Assembly: GCF_000743755.1 (NCBI RefSeq)
Contig: NW_014569545.1
Coordinates: 1-64,000, forward strand
Direction: 5' to 3'
DNA from: Blastocystis sp. subtype 4
Taxonomy: Eukaryota
Length of the DNA stretch: 64,000 bases
The translations under genes were made by a program, and so were the position numbers. Below the pieces are notes generated by a model. The model had not been told where the DNA came from. It searched no databases and worked only from the letters and a program-made list of their open reading frames with translations. Position 1 is the first letter of the stretch, and every line of letters begins with the position of its first letter. Of the stretch, positions 39,360 through 51,297 are shown piece by piece.

Positions 39360-39899
39360 TTATTGAGAGGCGACAGCACCATCAGCAGCAACAGCAGCTC
39401 TCTTCTGGTTGAGAAGAGCGTTAGCCTGCTCAGCCAACTGCTTCTCCTTCTTATCCTCACTCTTCTTCTTGTGAATCTGCTCAATTAGCACACGCTTGGT
39501 CTTGTAACGGTTACCCTTAGCAAGAGCATAGAAGTGGGCATACATGTGCTTATCGATCTTTCCAGCCTCACGATACTTGCGAAGAAGTCTACGCAGCACA
39601 CGAATACGACGCACCCAGAGAAGCTTCTCGGGGATACGAGCGTTCATAGTACCACGACGCTTACCATAACCAGTGTGGTTGCCACGGGCCTTGGCCTCCT
39701 TGCGAACATGCACACGAGAGCGAGAATGCATCAACTGATGCTTGCGGACAATCAGACCGTCCTTGATGAGCTTACGGACATTCTGACGAGAGTTGGCGAG
39801 AGCAATTTCGTTAATCTCGCTGGGATCCATCCACACTCTGCGCTTTCCGCACTTGAGAACGGAAGCAGCAAGTCTCTTTTGAAGACGAAGGCTAACCAT
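39360..39899 (-). CDS. RPL19: 60S ribosomal protein L19 (intronless)
   Basis: [26 protein letters not shown]...; ATG at 39899. Confidence 0.98.
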   Translation of the reverse strand: MVSLRLQKRLAASVLKCGKRRVWMDPSEINEIALANSRQNVRKLIKDGLIVRKHQLMHSRSRVHVRKEAKARGNHTGYGKRRGTMNARIPEKLLWVRRIRVLRRLLRKYREAGKIDKHMYAHFYALAKGNRYKTKRVLIEQIHKKKSEDKKEKQLAEQANALLNQKRAAVAADGAVASQ

Positions 39900-40037
39900 T
39901 GTTTTGGAGAGTTCTACTGAAGAAGTGACAATCACCAACTAATGGTGAGATTCATTCCAGATTCATCACAACGGGAATTAGGCAAATATGGAAAATGATA
40001 TCTCAACAAACAATTCCGTAAAGGGAATTAAGTCACA

Positions 40038-40432
40038 TCATAGCTGCGATTTTAGTGTCGACAGGAACGAAATCATCCGATTGATCTTTGCATGGTCCGA
40101 GAAAGACGAAGGCATATTCACCTACACAATAACTATCTCTTCAGAAGCTAGTTACATCATCCGCACGCTTCTTCCAGTACGCAAGTTGCATATCAAGTGC
40201 TTCTGGATAGGAAGTCTACGGAATTATTATAGCTACGATCCGTACATCGTCTTTATGTAGAGATCTAACAAAGTCAGAAATCATCCTATATACGGTATAT
40301 AAAGCAATTGCAGTCATAAGAAATGAGCTTGAAGAGTATTGCGAACAAATCTGAACAAACATCGTTTTGAGAAGGTCAATTCCTATGGTACTAGTGTAGT
40401 AGCCAATTCATAACACGGAACAACATGATCAT
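40038..40432 (-). CDS. Small hypothetical multi-exon protein
   Basis: Exons ...YPEALDMQLAYWKKRADD-VNMPSS...LKSQL* joined by ~30-nt GT-AG introns. Confidence 0.35.
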
Positions 40433-40461
40433 TTCACATTCTTTTCACCATTATTATTCTC

Positions 40462-41107
40462 ATGCTAGCTCGAAGAGGTGTAGTTCTCGTTTCTCGACTT
40501 GTGGGAATGATAGTTATAAGCAATCATAATAATTAGACAAGTGTACGTGCTGTTTGTGGACGCTTCTTTGTGACGCAACCTAAACCTCTCACAGAGGATA
40601 TGGTAGAGAAGATCATTAAGCGAGATGAGGAATTGCGAAAAGATTATTATGATATGCCGTCTTCATTTCCGGACTCCAGTCAGCCTCCAAATGGAAAGGT
40701 AACCATGGTAGCATTTGGATATTCCAAGTTATGGGTAGGAAGATGCCCTTCGAAAGCGTCTGATTCATCGTTCGCGACAACGAGGCATGTTAGAAGTCGA
40801 TTTGTTACTCGGAAAGTGGTCAAGAGAGAATGTATATCTTGGTAAGATGAGTTATTCTTAGATTAATCGTCTAACAAGAGATGAATTGGATCAATATGAG
40901 GCTCTTCTTAATAGTGAAACGGTTGATATCTTTGCTTGGATTACTGGAAAGACACCTCTCCCTGCAGTATGTGTGTTGAGATGTACTTCCTTCTAGGAAT
41001 TGGATCTTCCAATCGTGCGCGAGATCAAGCAGTGGGTCCAAAGCAAGCCTTTTGGAGCTGCCAGTCCTGAAGAGTATGCTAAGAACAAGCAATTCTTTTC
41101 CAATTAA
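40462..41107 (+). CDS. SDHAF2: Succinate dehydrogenase assembly factor 2 (Sdh5)
   Basis: Arg-rich presequence; RKRLIHRSRQRGMLEVDLLLG; DIFAWITG. Confidence 0.92.
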
Positions 41108-41692
41108 GTCGTTTTACGTTCATGTTTTGAGCCAAACCTTTATTATAAGTGTGACACATTCATCTCAATTGTTGGTGGATGGTAGTTTACTTTCTTGAAT
41201 AGATTGCTCAGATTATTTTCCTTCTTGCCAGATCTTCATCGCTCACTTTACTGTCATTCTCTTACAGAACTGTGAAACATAGAGAAGTAGGTATTTATAT
41301 CTATTATCTATGTATTTTCAATGGATTTTGGTTGCATTTAGGGGGTATGACTGTTACATCTGCTATCTCTAATAGAGCTCATGTTACATATTATCTTTTC
41401 TATGTTCAGAAGTTTTCATATTTGATAATGGTGTTTAATTAGCTATTTGAGAGTGCGTTTCCTGATTTGGAGCCAGTATTGTTCCGTCCGATTCTTCGTT
41501 TTAGATTATTAAGTAATCACTACTATGATGTTGATTTAGGGAATTCGTTAACCATTTGTTCGTTAGCGTTGATTAACAATTTGTCTCTTTCACAGTTCTT
41601 TATCATTGTGCCTTCTTGGGTTTCTCTTGCTAGTAGTTTGTTATCATTGGTTTTTGTAACAAACTAATGCTCTCGTTTGCAGCGATATTTCA

Positions 41693-42295
41693 TCACATGA
41701 ATTGGAAGTCAAATTCCAAAATTTCATCCTCGATATTGAGGTAGTCATCGACTAACAGATTAAGGTATGGCCACTCTTCGTTAGGTCCAATAAGGTCATT
41801 ATTAGGTTCTAAATTCATCTGTCCTTGTTGGAATAGATCATTGGGCCTTGGCTCTTCCCACCATAGTTGGAGTAGATCGTTTGGTCCTGCTTCTCTCCTC
41901 CGGTGTTGAAATAGATCATCACGAGGTAATAAGAATTGTCTTCGAATCTCATTAGCGTTGACCCGTCTCTTGAGTAGCACTTCTTTACGATGACGTGGAC
42001 GCAAGGGGTTTTGAATATAACCCACATAATGAAGTAAGGTAAAGATGTTATTCAGCAGCTCTCTCTTTTCTCTCGTTAGGTTATCCCAGTGAAATGTTAA
42101 GAGGAAGTCAAGTACTTCCTTTTCGATAGGACCATAGGGAGTACGCCCTAAGGTTGCCATAGATTCTGCTTCCTCATGGATCACATCCAAGCGGTTGAAG
42201 ATAAGGTAGTTGAAGTCATAGTACAGGAGAACATCTTCATAGGCATAGTCAATAAGATATCTTTTTATAATTTCAATTTCTCTATTGCGATTCAT
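41693..42295 (-). CDS. Orphan intronless ORF, 200 aa
   Basis: Intact ORF in AT-rich surroundings; internal P[RN]DL[FL]Q repeats; no recognised family. Confidence 0.5.
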   Translation of the reverse strand: MNRNREIEIIKRYLIDYAYEDVLLYYDFNYLIFNRLDVIHEEAESMATLGRTPYGPIEKEVLDFLLTFHWDNLTREKRELLNNIFTLLHYVGYIQNPLRPRHRKEVLLKRRVNANEIRRQFLLPRDDLFQHRRREAGPNDLLQLWWEEPRPNDLFQQGQMNLEPNNDLIGPNEEWPYLNLLVDDYLNIEDEILEFDFQFM

Positions 42296-42617
42296 AATTA
42301 ATTCTGAAATCTTGATCTTTTGAATATCTGAATGGTTCCGCGGAATTGATGATTATTCATTACTTATAATCAATACCTGAGAAATCCCGTGATTATCAAT
42401 ACTATCCTGTTTGAGTATTACATATTTCTATATGTTAAATTCCCACATGAATTAGATAGGAAGTTCCTGATAAATATATGGAGTTGTTATCCATAACACT
42501 ATCATTGTCGATATATAAGACTAATAAGAGGTTCCAACACATATTAGTATGTATCTGATCTAATAGAACTGTATTAAGGAATTGTGTACATACGAAACAC
42601 AAATCATTTATATACTT

Positions 42618-44056
42618 ATGGAAACGAACCGTAGATGTAAATGATTAGAGACATCATTTTGTAGAGACTGAGGCACTTCTATCGAGTGAACCAAGCATCA
42701 ACGAAACAATCGAGAAACCTGTTGTTTCTGATCTTCCAGCAGATCCAAGCAACCCATTAGTTGAAACAAAAGATGACGATGAGGTAAATGCTAGCATTTG
42801 GGGGTCAATCTCAAACATGACGAATAACGTTCTGGGAGCGGGTTTAGTGGCACTTGCGTCAGCTGTGTGTCAGGTTTGCTGCCGCTATTTTGTCTCATTT
42901 GTAGTCGTCCCTGATTCCTGGAATTGTCGTACTCTTCCTTATGGCTGTGATTTCCTGTTGCTCTCAGAATGTTATTGTTAGTTCTTGTCGTATTGTGGAC
43001 AAATACACCTACAAAGAAATGGGTATTGCAATTTTCGGTAAAACAGGCGGAATGATCATCTCGATTATTATGCTTTGCTATACTATTCTCTCATGTACAT
43101 CCTATTTCGTGATTATTGGAGATATGGTTACTAAAGTGACTATGTTCTTCTTTCCCACTGTCTCGATTCTCCAGAAACGATACATTGTAGTACCTGTTAT
43201 CTGCATTTTATTCATCTTCCCACTGTGTATGATGCGAAGTGTGTTTTCTCTCCTTTCCTCATTTGTAGCCGTGGATTCGTTGAAATACGTGTCTATCTTT
43301 TCGGTTCTCGCAGTGGTTGTCGTAGTTGTTGTAATCGTTCAACAGTTCGTCCAGTACCACCACATTAACGAGACCGTGGAAGTTCTGAAGTGGTCAACAG
43401 GAATCGTCCGTGTTATCCCTGTGATTTGTGTGTCCTATAACTGTCATTACAATGCTCCTCGTTACTATAAGGAGCTCAAGGATCGCAGTCCAGCACGTAT
43501 GTGGACTGTATCCATTGGTTCCACAATCATCGTTTTTGTCCTTTATTTGCTTGCTTCTGTCTGTGGCTATCTAGAATTCGGAGCTGATACAGATGGAGAT
43601 ATTCTCAACAATTATCCTTCGAACTCAGTAGTTCCCGCTGTTGCCCGAATCTTCCTACTCATCGCTATTGTGTGCACCTTCCCGATTGCCTATTTCGCTG
43701 TGCGAAACAACCTTCATACTATTTTCTGTCAACAGCTCCACTTCCATTCGTTCAAGCTACGACTTGTGTATGGGTTTTTATCTTCTTTGACTCCTAGGAC
43801 AGCTGTTAGTGTTCTGATTGCCACATGTACGGTGTCTTGTTTTGCAGCAAGTGTCGAAGATGTGATTGGACTCAATGGGTCACTTTTTGGATCCTTGATT
43901 ATGCTTGTAATTCCAGGACTTATGTACTTGTATTGCAGCACTGGATCAATATGGAAGCCAAGCCGTTTTGCCTCCCTTCTGCTAACCATATTTGGAGTGT
44001 GCGTTTGTATTGGTGGAACGTACTTGAGAATCCTCAAGATTATGCATAAGGCATAG
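42618..44056 (+). CDS. Amino-acid transporter (AAAP/SLC38 family)
   Basis: NMTNNVLGAGLVAL, SYNCHYN, GYLEFG...GDILNNY, about 11 TM helices. Confidence 0.9.
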
Positions 44057-44526
44057 ATATTCTTTCTTATAACAAACAATAGACTACACAAACATCTAAA
44101 CAGAATTAGCAATGTACGTAACACGAATTGAGGGTTCTATTCATAAACTGGTAGACCTCACCCAGTGAACATCGTTTATCCAACCACTGGCACCAAATGA
44201 GCTATGATTGACAGCTCGTGGAGTGATTAAGTTGGAAAGAGTTATCCAAAACCATACTTACCATTTATACACCAAAAGCAAAAAGAAAATGGCGATTCAC
44301 CAGCAAAGAAAACAAACCAATCAAATTATAAACTGGTTGGGACAAATATTGTGTTTTGTTTTTGTATAATTATGGCCCATTTCACAACCAATGTCCCTAT
44401 TATTGTCATACCTTTTCTTTTGAACAACGACAAATCTCCCTAGGTACGAAATAGAAACTACTTACCATCATTCCGTGTTCATCAGAACGATCCAGATTGG
44501 ATATCTCATGAACAAACAAAGGACAC

Positions 44527-45435
44527 TTAAAGCTTCTCCAGCATAGTAAGAGAAGGAGTGAAATAGTATCCACCTGTAACAGGAGTAATGAATGACATTA
44601 GCTTATCAGGATCAGTACCTCTCATACCAAAGAGAGACTTTTCAATCTCATCAAGTCCTTTCAAATAATGGCAATAAGCAGTGAACCATAGACCACGGGT
44701 ACCTCCGGGCATTCCATAAGGCAAACTATGACGAACAATCTTTACATTTACTCCATTATCATCAATATCTGTATGAGCAACGTGACTCTCTATGGGCAAA
44801 GGCTCTAACTGGGTACTATCGTCCTTTGTACGACCAATCACTCTTTCCTGGGAATCCTTATCTAATTGTGCCCACTTGTCCAGATTGTGAACGAAACGCT
44901 GTACCATGACATATGAACTTCCATCCTCCTTCAATGCTGCCCCAGCACGATCTGAAGGACCACTTGGATTCTCTGTTCCATCAATAAAACCGGTGAGATC
45001 TCTCGAATCTCTCCAAACGAAACCCATGGTTTCGTCACCTACTGTTAGCATATCCTTTTCAAACAGAGCGATGAAGGAGTTACCACAATCAAATGTAGCA
45101 CTGTTGTTCATCGAATGAATATGGACGTATAAATCATCCTGTGTCGCAGGAGCACGCTCATAGCCAGGGAAATCAAACAACTCATCTCCCGTTCCTGCCA
45201 ATTCTTTGTTAAATTCTGTCAAAATTTTCCAGAGCGACTTTCCGAAAGACACAGTTCCAGTTACGGATACATTATTGATAGATGAACTTTGCTCTAAAAT
45301 CTCGGGAAATCTCTTCACAGCCTTGATAAAGTTGTCACAACCTTCTTGTGTTTCCAAAATAGCATAGTTTACCTTGTATGTAGCAAAGAAGCCAGATTTG
45401 TCACCTTCTGCTAAGATTCCAGACTGAGGATTCAT
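44527..45435 (-). CDS. Dye-decolorizing (DyP-type) peroxidase, YfeX-like, intronless
   Basis: PQSGIL N-terminus, RDLTGFIDGTENP (GXXDG), SHV proximal His, IVRHSLPYG, TGGYYFTPS. Confidence 0.93.
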   Translation of the reverse strand: MNPQSGILAEGDKSGFFATYKVNYAILETQEGCDNFIKAVKRFPEILEQSSSINNVSVTGTVSFGKSLWKILTEFNKELAGTGDELFDFPGYERAPATQDDLYVHIHSMNNSATFDCGNSFIALFEKDMLTVGDETMGFVWRDSRDLTGFIDGTENPSGPSDRAGAALKEDGSSYVMVQRFVHNLDKWAQLDKDSQERVIGRTKDDSTQLEPLPIESHVAHTDIDDNGVNVKIVRHSLPYGMPGGTRGLWFTAYCHYLKGLDEIEKSLFGMRGTDPDKLMSFITPVTGGYYFTPSLTMLEKL

Positions 45436-46152
45436 TTACCACTTATCAATAATTATTAATGTGATTCAAAAAGATATGTCAAAAAACACTAGTATTTTGG
45501 AGTCAGGTGAATCCAACGACATCTGTGTTACTCCTTCACAGACAGAGTATGGAGTTCACGGGAATAGAATAATGACAGAAGATGATGATTGGCTGAATAA
45601 CCTAATGGTGTATACCTTTCTCTTTTTTCTTGTACATTGATTATTTGGTTACAATTTATATGCCACTGTTCATCTGTAACTGATACCAAATGGATTATTT
45701 GATAAACCCATGTCTGTCTAGCAGTCAACGTGGTTATAAGACCACTTTGGGTTGCAGTGTTACGAAAAGGTCTATTATTCTGATGCAAGTCTCTGACAGT
45801 CATGTACAACCCTCGGTGGACTTCTAAGGTAATCTGTGATATGAATAAAACTGGAAACCCATCCATTTACTTTCATGCCACTCATCCAATTCTAAGAGAA
45901 TGAATAATATAACAAAGAATTTCACTAAATAAACTCCAATCATAAATCCCCGTGGGAACCATCTATTGAGTCTCATACTCATTTCTATGTTTGATAAGGA
46001 AGAGTCCATTCATCTCAAGAAGAACAGAAGAAGGAACTTGACAGGCAAAGGCACATCGATAGCTAGTGATGAGTCCTTGATAATCAAACCATTTGAGACC
46101 ACTATACAGATAGATGTGGAGGTTGTCACTTTTATTCCGAATTCCTGTTGTT

Positions 46153-46900
46153 ATGTCCCAAGAAGATAAATTTGAGGTGCCTGAAGAGCCTCAGGCTACT
46201 GTAGTTGGAGAGACTGAGGGATTACCGTCTAGGGTCAGCGCTGGCTTATTCCTATGGATTTTTCGATTCAGGCAAATGCTGCCTTGGATTGGGTTTTCGC
46301 TGTCATGAAACCTTGTGATCATCTGTTGATTTTGAATGTACTAAACTTGAAGACTCCAAGTTAGATCTTCTGAGTTATACAGTAATCTGTAGCTTATGCT
46401 CATGATATTGCCATCAATGAACGTCTGAAGAAGGAATCACAGGAGAAACTTGCTTCCATGAAGGCTACTGCCACTGAGAAGGGATTCAAATTCGTCGAGA
46501 CCCTCTGCAAGCGTGGTGATCCTGCCAAGATTGTTTGTACTGTTGCCATTGAAGATAAGATTGATTGTATTGTTATGGGAAGACGTGGAATGAGCAATTT
46601 GGAAAGGTAAATATTCGGATACTAAGTTATGTGTAGAGTACTGAATGGTTCTGTTAGTTCTTATGTACTCAACAACGCTCCTTGTGCGTAGGGATTGGGG
46701 ATATCTATGAGTGTAGTGTGTGCCTGATGGGAAAGGGTGTTGAAAAGCGTGTGCAGGAAGCAGCTTTGAAGAAGAAGGATGAAGAAATTGCTGAACTCAC
46801 CGCTAGTGCTAGTGAAAATGAAGGTGATGGAGATAAGAAAATGCCATTCTTCTTGCCTCGTAAGCACAGCATTAAGAACTATTATAGTGATTCTGATTAA
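46153..46900 (+). CDS. Universal stress protein (UspA domain)
   Basis: WLIPMDFS...AALDW, GDPAKIV, IVMGRRG, GSVSSYVLNNAPC. Confidence 0.88.
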
Positions 46901-48977
46901 ACTAGATTGTTCTTGTTTCTTAAGGTATAATCATAAACATGAAAGAACGACGGATGCATCCCATTTCCGGGGAGCGTCGTTGGTACACTTAAAGCACAAT
47001 ATAACTGTCGACCTGATAACGAAAACCGTTTTGGATTGTTTTTATTTTCACAGAGAGGAGGATGAGTCACCCACGAAAACGACATTACCTCCTTCATAGA
47101 AAAACGGTCAGTTGGATTCTTTGCCAACATACCCCTTACAAGGAGTAACGCATCGTCGGATACACTACGCCAATCTTCTTCTATATATGGAATAGGCTTA
47201 TTCACTGTCTCCTGAAGAATCTCTTCTGCAGTTCGCCCCACAAATGGAGGATAACCAACTAGTAAGGTATATAGTGTCACGCCCAGGGAATAGACATCTG
47301 CTTTTGCTGAATACTCGCATCTCTAGGGTTAATTCACTTTCATTCTCCAACTGAGACCACTTCAGGAGCCATAAACCCGACAGTCCCAACAATCTCACTT
47401 CTATTAGCACCACTTCGCATTTCTTACTTGGTATGCTGATTCCCCACTTCAGCAACCATACTGCATCCAAAATCCGTTAATTTCATCATTGATCGTTGGT
47501 CATTACTCTCAAATATAATATTCTCTGGTTTCACATCCAGATGATAAATGCTATGCTGATGAAGCGTCAGCAACGCACTTCCAATCTGGTGAATTACACT
47601 CGCTGCCGAACACTCTGTAAATCAGTTAAATTCCACGTAACTACCAGAAAATGGACCATTTTGAAGAATACGACTCCGCAAATCACCTCCGCCCATGTAC
47701 TCCATCACTATGTACACTAAGAAGGCATCATCGAAAATGTCAAGGATCCTCACAATGGAATCACAGATCACACGCTCTTTGACGGCTCGTAATACACACA
47801 ATTCATGATCAAGAACTGATGTGCCCACCTTACGTCGGTTTATAACCTTCACAGCACACATCTTCCCCGTTTTCTAACCCTCACTTCAACACCTTTCTCT
47901 CACCAGATCTTGACCCAATCTCACAACGCCATATCTACCTTTACCTAGTGTATCTTGAAGCGAAATTTCGGTGTGAATGCAACGAGGGACTTGATGATGT
48001 GTTTTGCTATAGATATGACGTGTCAGGAGTAGAACCACTGTGAGGAAACGAACCCATATATCCTTTGAATGAAAATATAAATCTCACAACTACACGTTGC
48101 TGCAAAGAATAACCTTCAAGAAGATATCTCTGTTGACCTTTACATGGAATTAAACTGAAAGCAAAAGGACGACCTGCAACATTTTCGATGGTTACTTTTG
48201 CATCTGGTGTGATCTCACAGCGTCTTCGCGGTGATCGCTGATCACTTTTCTACAATTCATGGACCAACTAGCTACAGTACATCAAAATAAATCATTTCAT
48301 TCCCGTTGAGCACGAAATATCTTCGTTTCCATAGATGAAGTCCTCGGAACCCTTTCTTCAATAGACGTCCTTCCAGATGGATTTGCTTGAGAAAATCCTC
48401 GGCAAACTCAACAGACATGCCCCCAATGTCTGATTGTGTTACGGTTGATATCTTATATCCATTCACACTATCACGCTTCACCAACGTAGAACACTCTGGA
48501 GATTTTTCAAACCGAAAATCTTCCGAGACCACCTCCCTCAGAGCACTGAAGAAGGAATGTTTTGAACTCCGTGCGACCGAAGTCACCTGAGCTTGAAGAA
48601 TCGAACTACATGAGTGGGCAGGTCGTTCACGACAGTCCGGACTTCCATCATTGAAACACGCAGATCCATCATTCTCCCATATGGTGTCATTCAGCGTGGC
48701 ATCATAACTCATTCTGATGGGATATCCCAAATCAGTGAAAGATTCTTAACAAACACACAATACACAATAGAACCCCGTCTTGTTGATATCAATTCCTTTA
48801 TCATGGAGTCTACATAATCAACAGCAATTCAAAAGGGATACGCATTTTGTATGTCGATCAGCAAAAGGGCATCTTCATCTGATTTCTCAACCTACGTTCA
48901 CTTATCAATACCACCCAAATACAGATTTTACTGATTTTCCTTCTCGTCGAGCAGTATTGTATTCTTTGGCTTTGCAT
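46897..48977 (-). CDS. PH-domain CAMK-family Ser/Thr kinase
   Basis: PH: GRLLKKG...WKRRYFVL; kinase: GKGRYG, CAVK, HLDVKPEN, TDFG, APE, GYPPF. Confidence 0.85.
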
Positions 48978-49051
48978 ATCAATTCTGTTATATATCGCTG
49001 AGTTGCCAACGAAACTAGTCGAATTCTATTAATCAATCACTTTCTCAACTG

Positions 49052-51217
49052 TCACGATTCTTCATCTTCTATATTGCAACCAGATGTCTGAAGGATGTAC
49101 TTTGTCACTTCATCAGGAATCTATGATACTGAACAGTCCAGAGAGATTACAATCGGGGTGTACTTTTTAAGACCTGCAATGAGATCCCGCAACTCATCTT
49201 GTTGAACAAAAGCAACACTGCTCATCTCGTCTATCGAACAAACAATTACTAATTCTGATGAATCTTTTTCTCCTTATCGAATAGATATCGGCGGAAATGA
49301 AGAGATAATTCATCGTTCTTCTCCAGGTGATGCTCCTGGTGAAACGAGACTTTGAACTTTCCTGCCTTACCGAAAGGAGAATCAATCACACCTTCAATAC
49401 CGTCCTTTGTCACCACCTTCAAGCCCACAAACTACATATCACTCCTAATAGGAAGTTCCACAGGTTGGATGCTGCCTCCTTTCTCAAGAAGACTAGTACC
49501 AATCACTTCATACTCGGAAACAACACGATCAACCTTTGCGGTTCGCAGCTTAGGTTTGAAGACGTGAAGAGAGGACAAATTGTTCTTCTCATCTGTCACT
49601 ACTTGAATCACTTTTGCATAGAAAGCAATTCGACACGAAGAATCCGTAGTTGTTGAGTTTAACTGGCTGCCTATTAGAAGGCATCCCAATGGAGCATAAA
49701 GAGATTGTTCAAGTTGAAGTAAGGCCCAAATTGTAGCTACAAGTAAAGTCAACAGAACAACAATACGACGAGGCTCTGACGGAGATGGTTTCGCTGGATA
49801 TTAAGTGACTAGAATAGATGAAATTCAAGGATATTTAGAACAGGGATATACGCATACTGCTTGCCAAAATCGAAGGAATTTTCGGTTTCTGAAAACATGT
49901 TCACCCCAAACTTGCTAGAGTTAAGTTCTTCAATTCACAATTACTCCGAATGTAATGTTTCTACATATCATATCCAATTCTAAATCATACCCTCTTTCGA
50001 TTCATCAGCAAATAGTGTTATCGTGGCTGGGATTGTATGATGACCAACACTGATATGGAATGTGGCTCCACTACGAATCTCACCTTTGTAGAATCGAATC
50101 TTCCGTAGACGAACGAGGACTGTTTGCATGGACGTTAGTGATCCCACAGAGCACGCCTCACCTCGCTCTGCTTTGAAATCAAAAGCTCTACAAATGAGAG
50201 TGTGAAGACACTCGGACTGAACACACACCCCAGCACGATCACCTTTATAAGCACAGTTCATATTCTTGTGAAACATTTGTATACTCTTCACCTTTCGAGT
50301 CACATGCAGAGAAGGGAACTCAATCTCATCATTCACAGCAATTTTTCCAGATTGCACAGTACCTGTCATCACACAACCCTTTCCTGCTAACGAAAAGCAG
50401 TGATCATACACAAAATACAAAGGTTCTTTGAATCAATCATTTTCATTTCTCTGACTATTATCAATCTTCTCTGGGATCGATACAAGACTACGGACAGTTG
50501 CTACTAACTCATCCATCTACTATTAAGTGATTCTATAGCTCCTACACCGAGACTAGTTGTATTGGCATCTTCGATACTTCCCCCTCCAACTTGAGCAGCC
50601 ACAGGAATCTACAATTAGGAGGATGAGAAGAGATTACTATTGGAGCATTCTTAAAGCGTGTTCGTGATAACACCTTCTCTAAATTTGTTTTAATTGAATG
50701 GATCCGTGCCGAACGCTCCATCTCAGGAATCAAGTCGATCTTGTTCAACACGAAGATTGCTTTGTCTGTTGTAATTTCGCCGATCACCATACACTCTGCT
50801 GTTTGTGTCTGGATTCCCTTTAGACAGTCCACAACAATCAGCAGCATGTCAATAATCTGAGCACCTCCAAGAATCGTTCGGATTAGACTTGCATGACCCG
50901 GACAATCAACTAATGTATATTGAATATGCTTATAATGCGTATCTACAAGAGATCGAGTACAACCATTCTTACTTGATAAGTGACTTGGAACATCAGATAG
51001 AAATGCACTGAAACCAAGATCTAAGGTTATTCCTCGAGCTCGACTCTGAGGATTCTTGTCGAGCGATGCTGTTGATAGGACTGCGCTCAATGACTTCACT
51101 ACAACTCATCCACATCATCCACCAATAACCAAGTGACGTTTTTCCAGAATCCACATGACCCATTACTCCGACATTGATGTTGCATACTTCTTCTGGGTTG
51201 ATATCCACCTTACTCAT
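49052..51217 (-). CDS. EEFSEC: Selenocysteine-specific elongation factor (eEFSec)
   Basis: NVGVMGHVDSGKTSL, RGITLDLGFS, VDCPGHASLIRTILGGAQIID, DHCFS, GSQL...CRIAF. Confidence 0.93.
49794..49834 (-). other. Candidate AT-AG U12-type intron, 41 nt
   Basis: 5' ATATCCTT, branch TCACTTAAT, 3' ATCCAG; removes the in-frame stops. Confidence 0.65.
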
Positions 51218-51297
51218 CTTCTACACACAATTTGCTCTTTGTATCGTTCTATTCAAAACCCGCGGGAATCAAATGATTTAAAAACAAAGAACTCCAA

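Noticed and set aside
39534..39920. 128-aa ORF antisense to RPL19
   Set aside because: Antisense shadow of a codon-biased gene
26174..41107. Functional cluster of mitochondrial genes (Pam16, CLU1, carrier, SDHAF2)
   Set aside because: Interspersed with unrelated genes; no evidence beyond chance
44060..44510. Possible tRNA/snoRNA in long intergenic gaps (orphan minus-strand TGTTTGTT at 44071)
   Set aside because: No cloverleaf or convincing box C/D pair seen by eye; needs Infernal/tRNAscan
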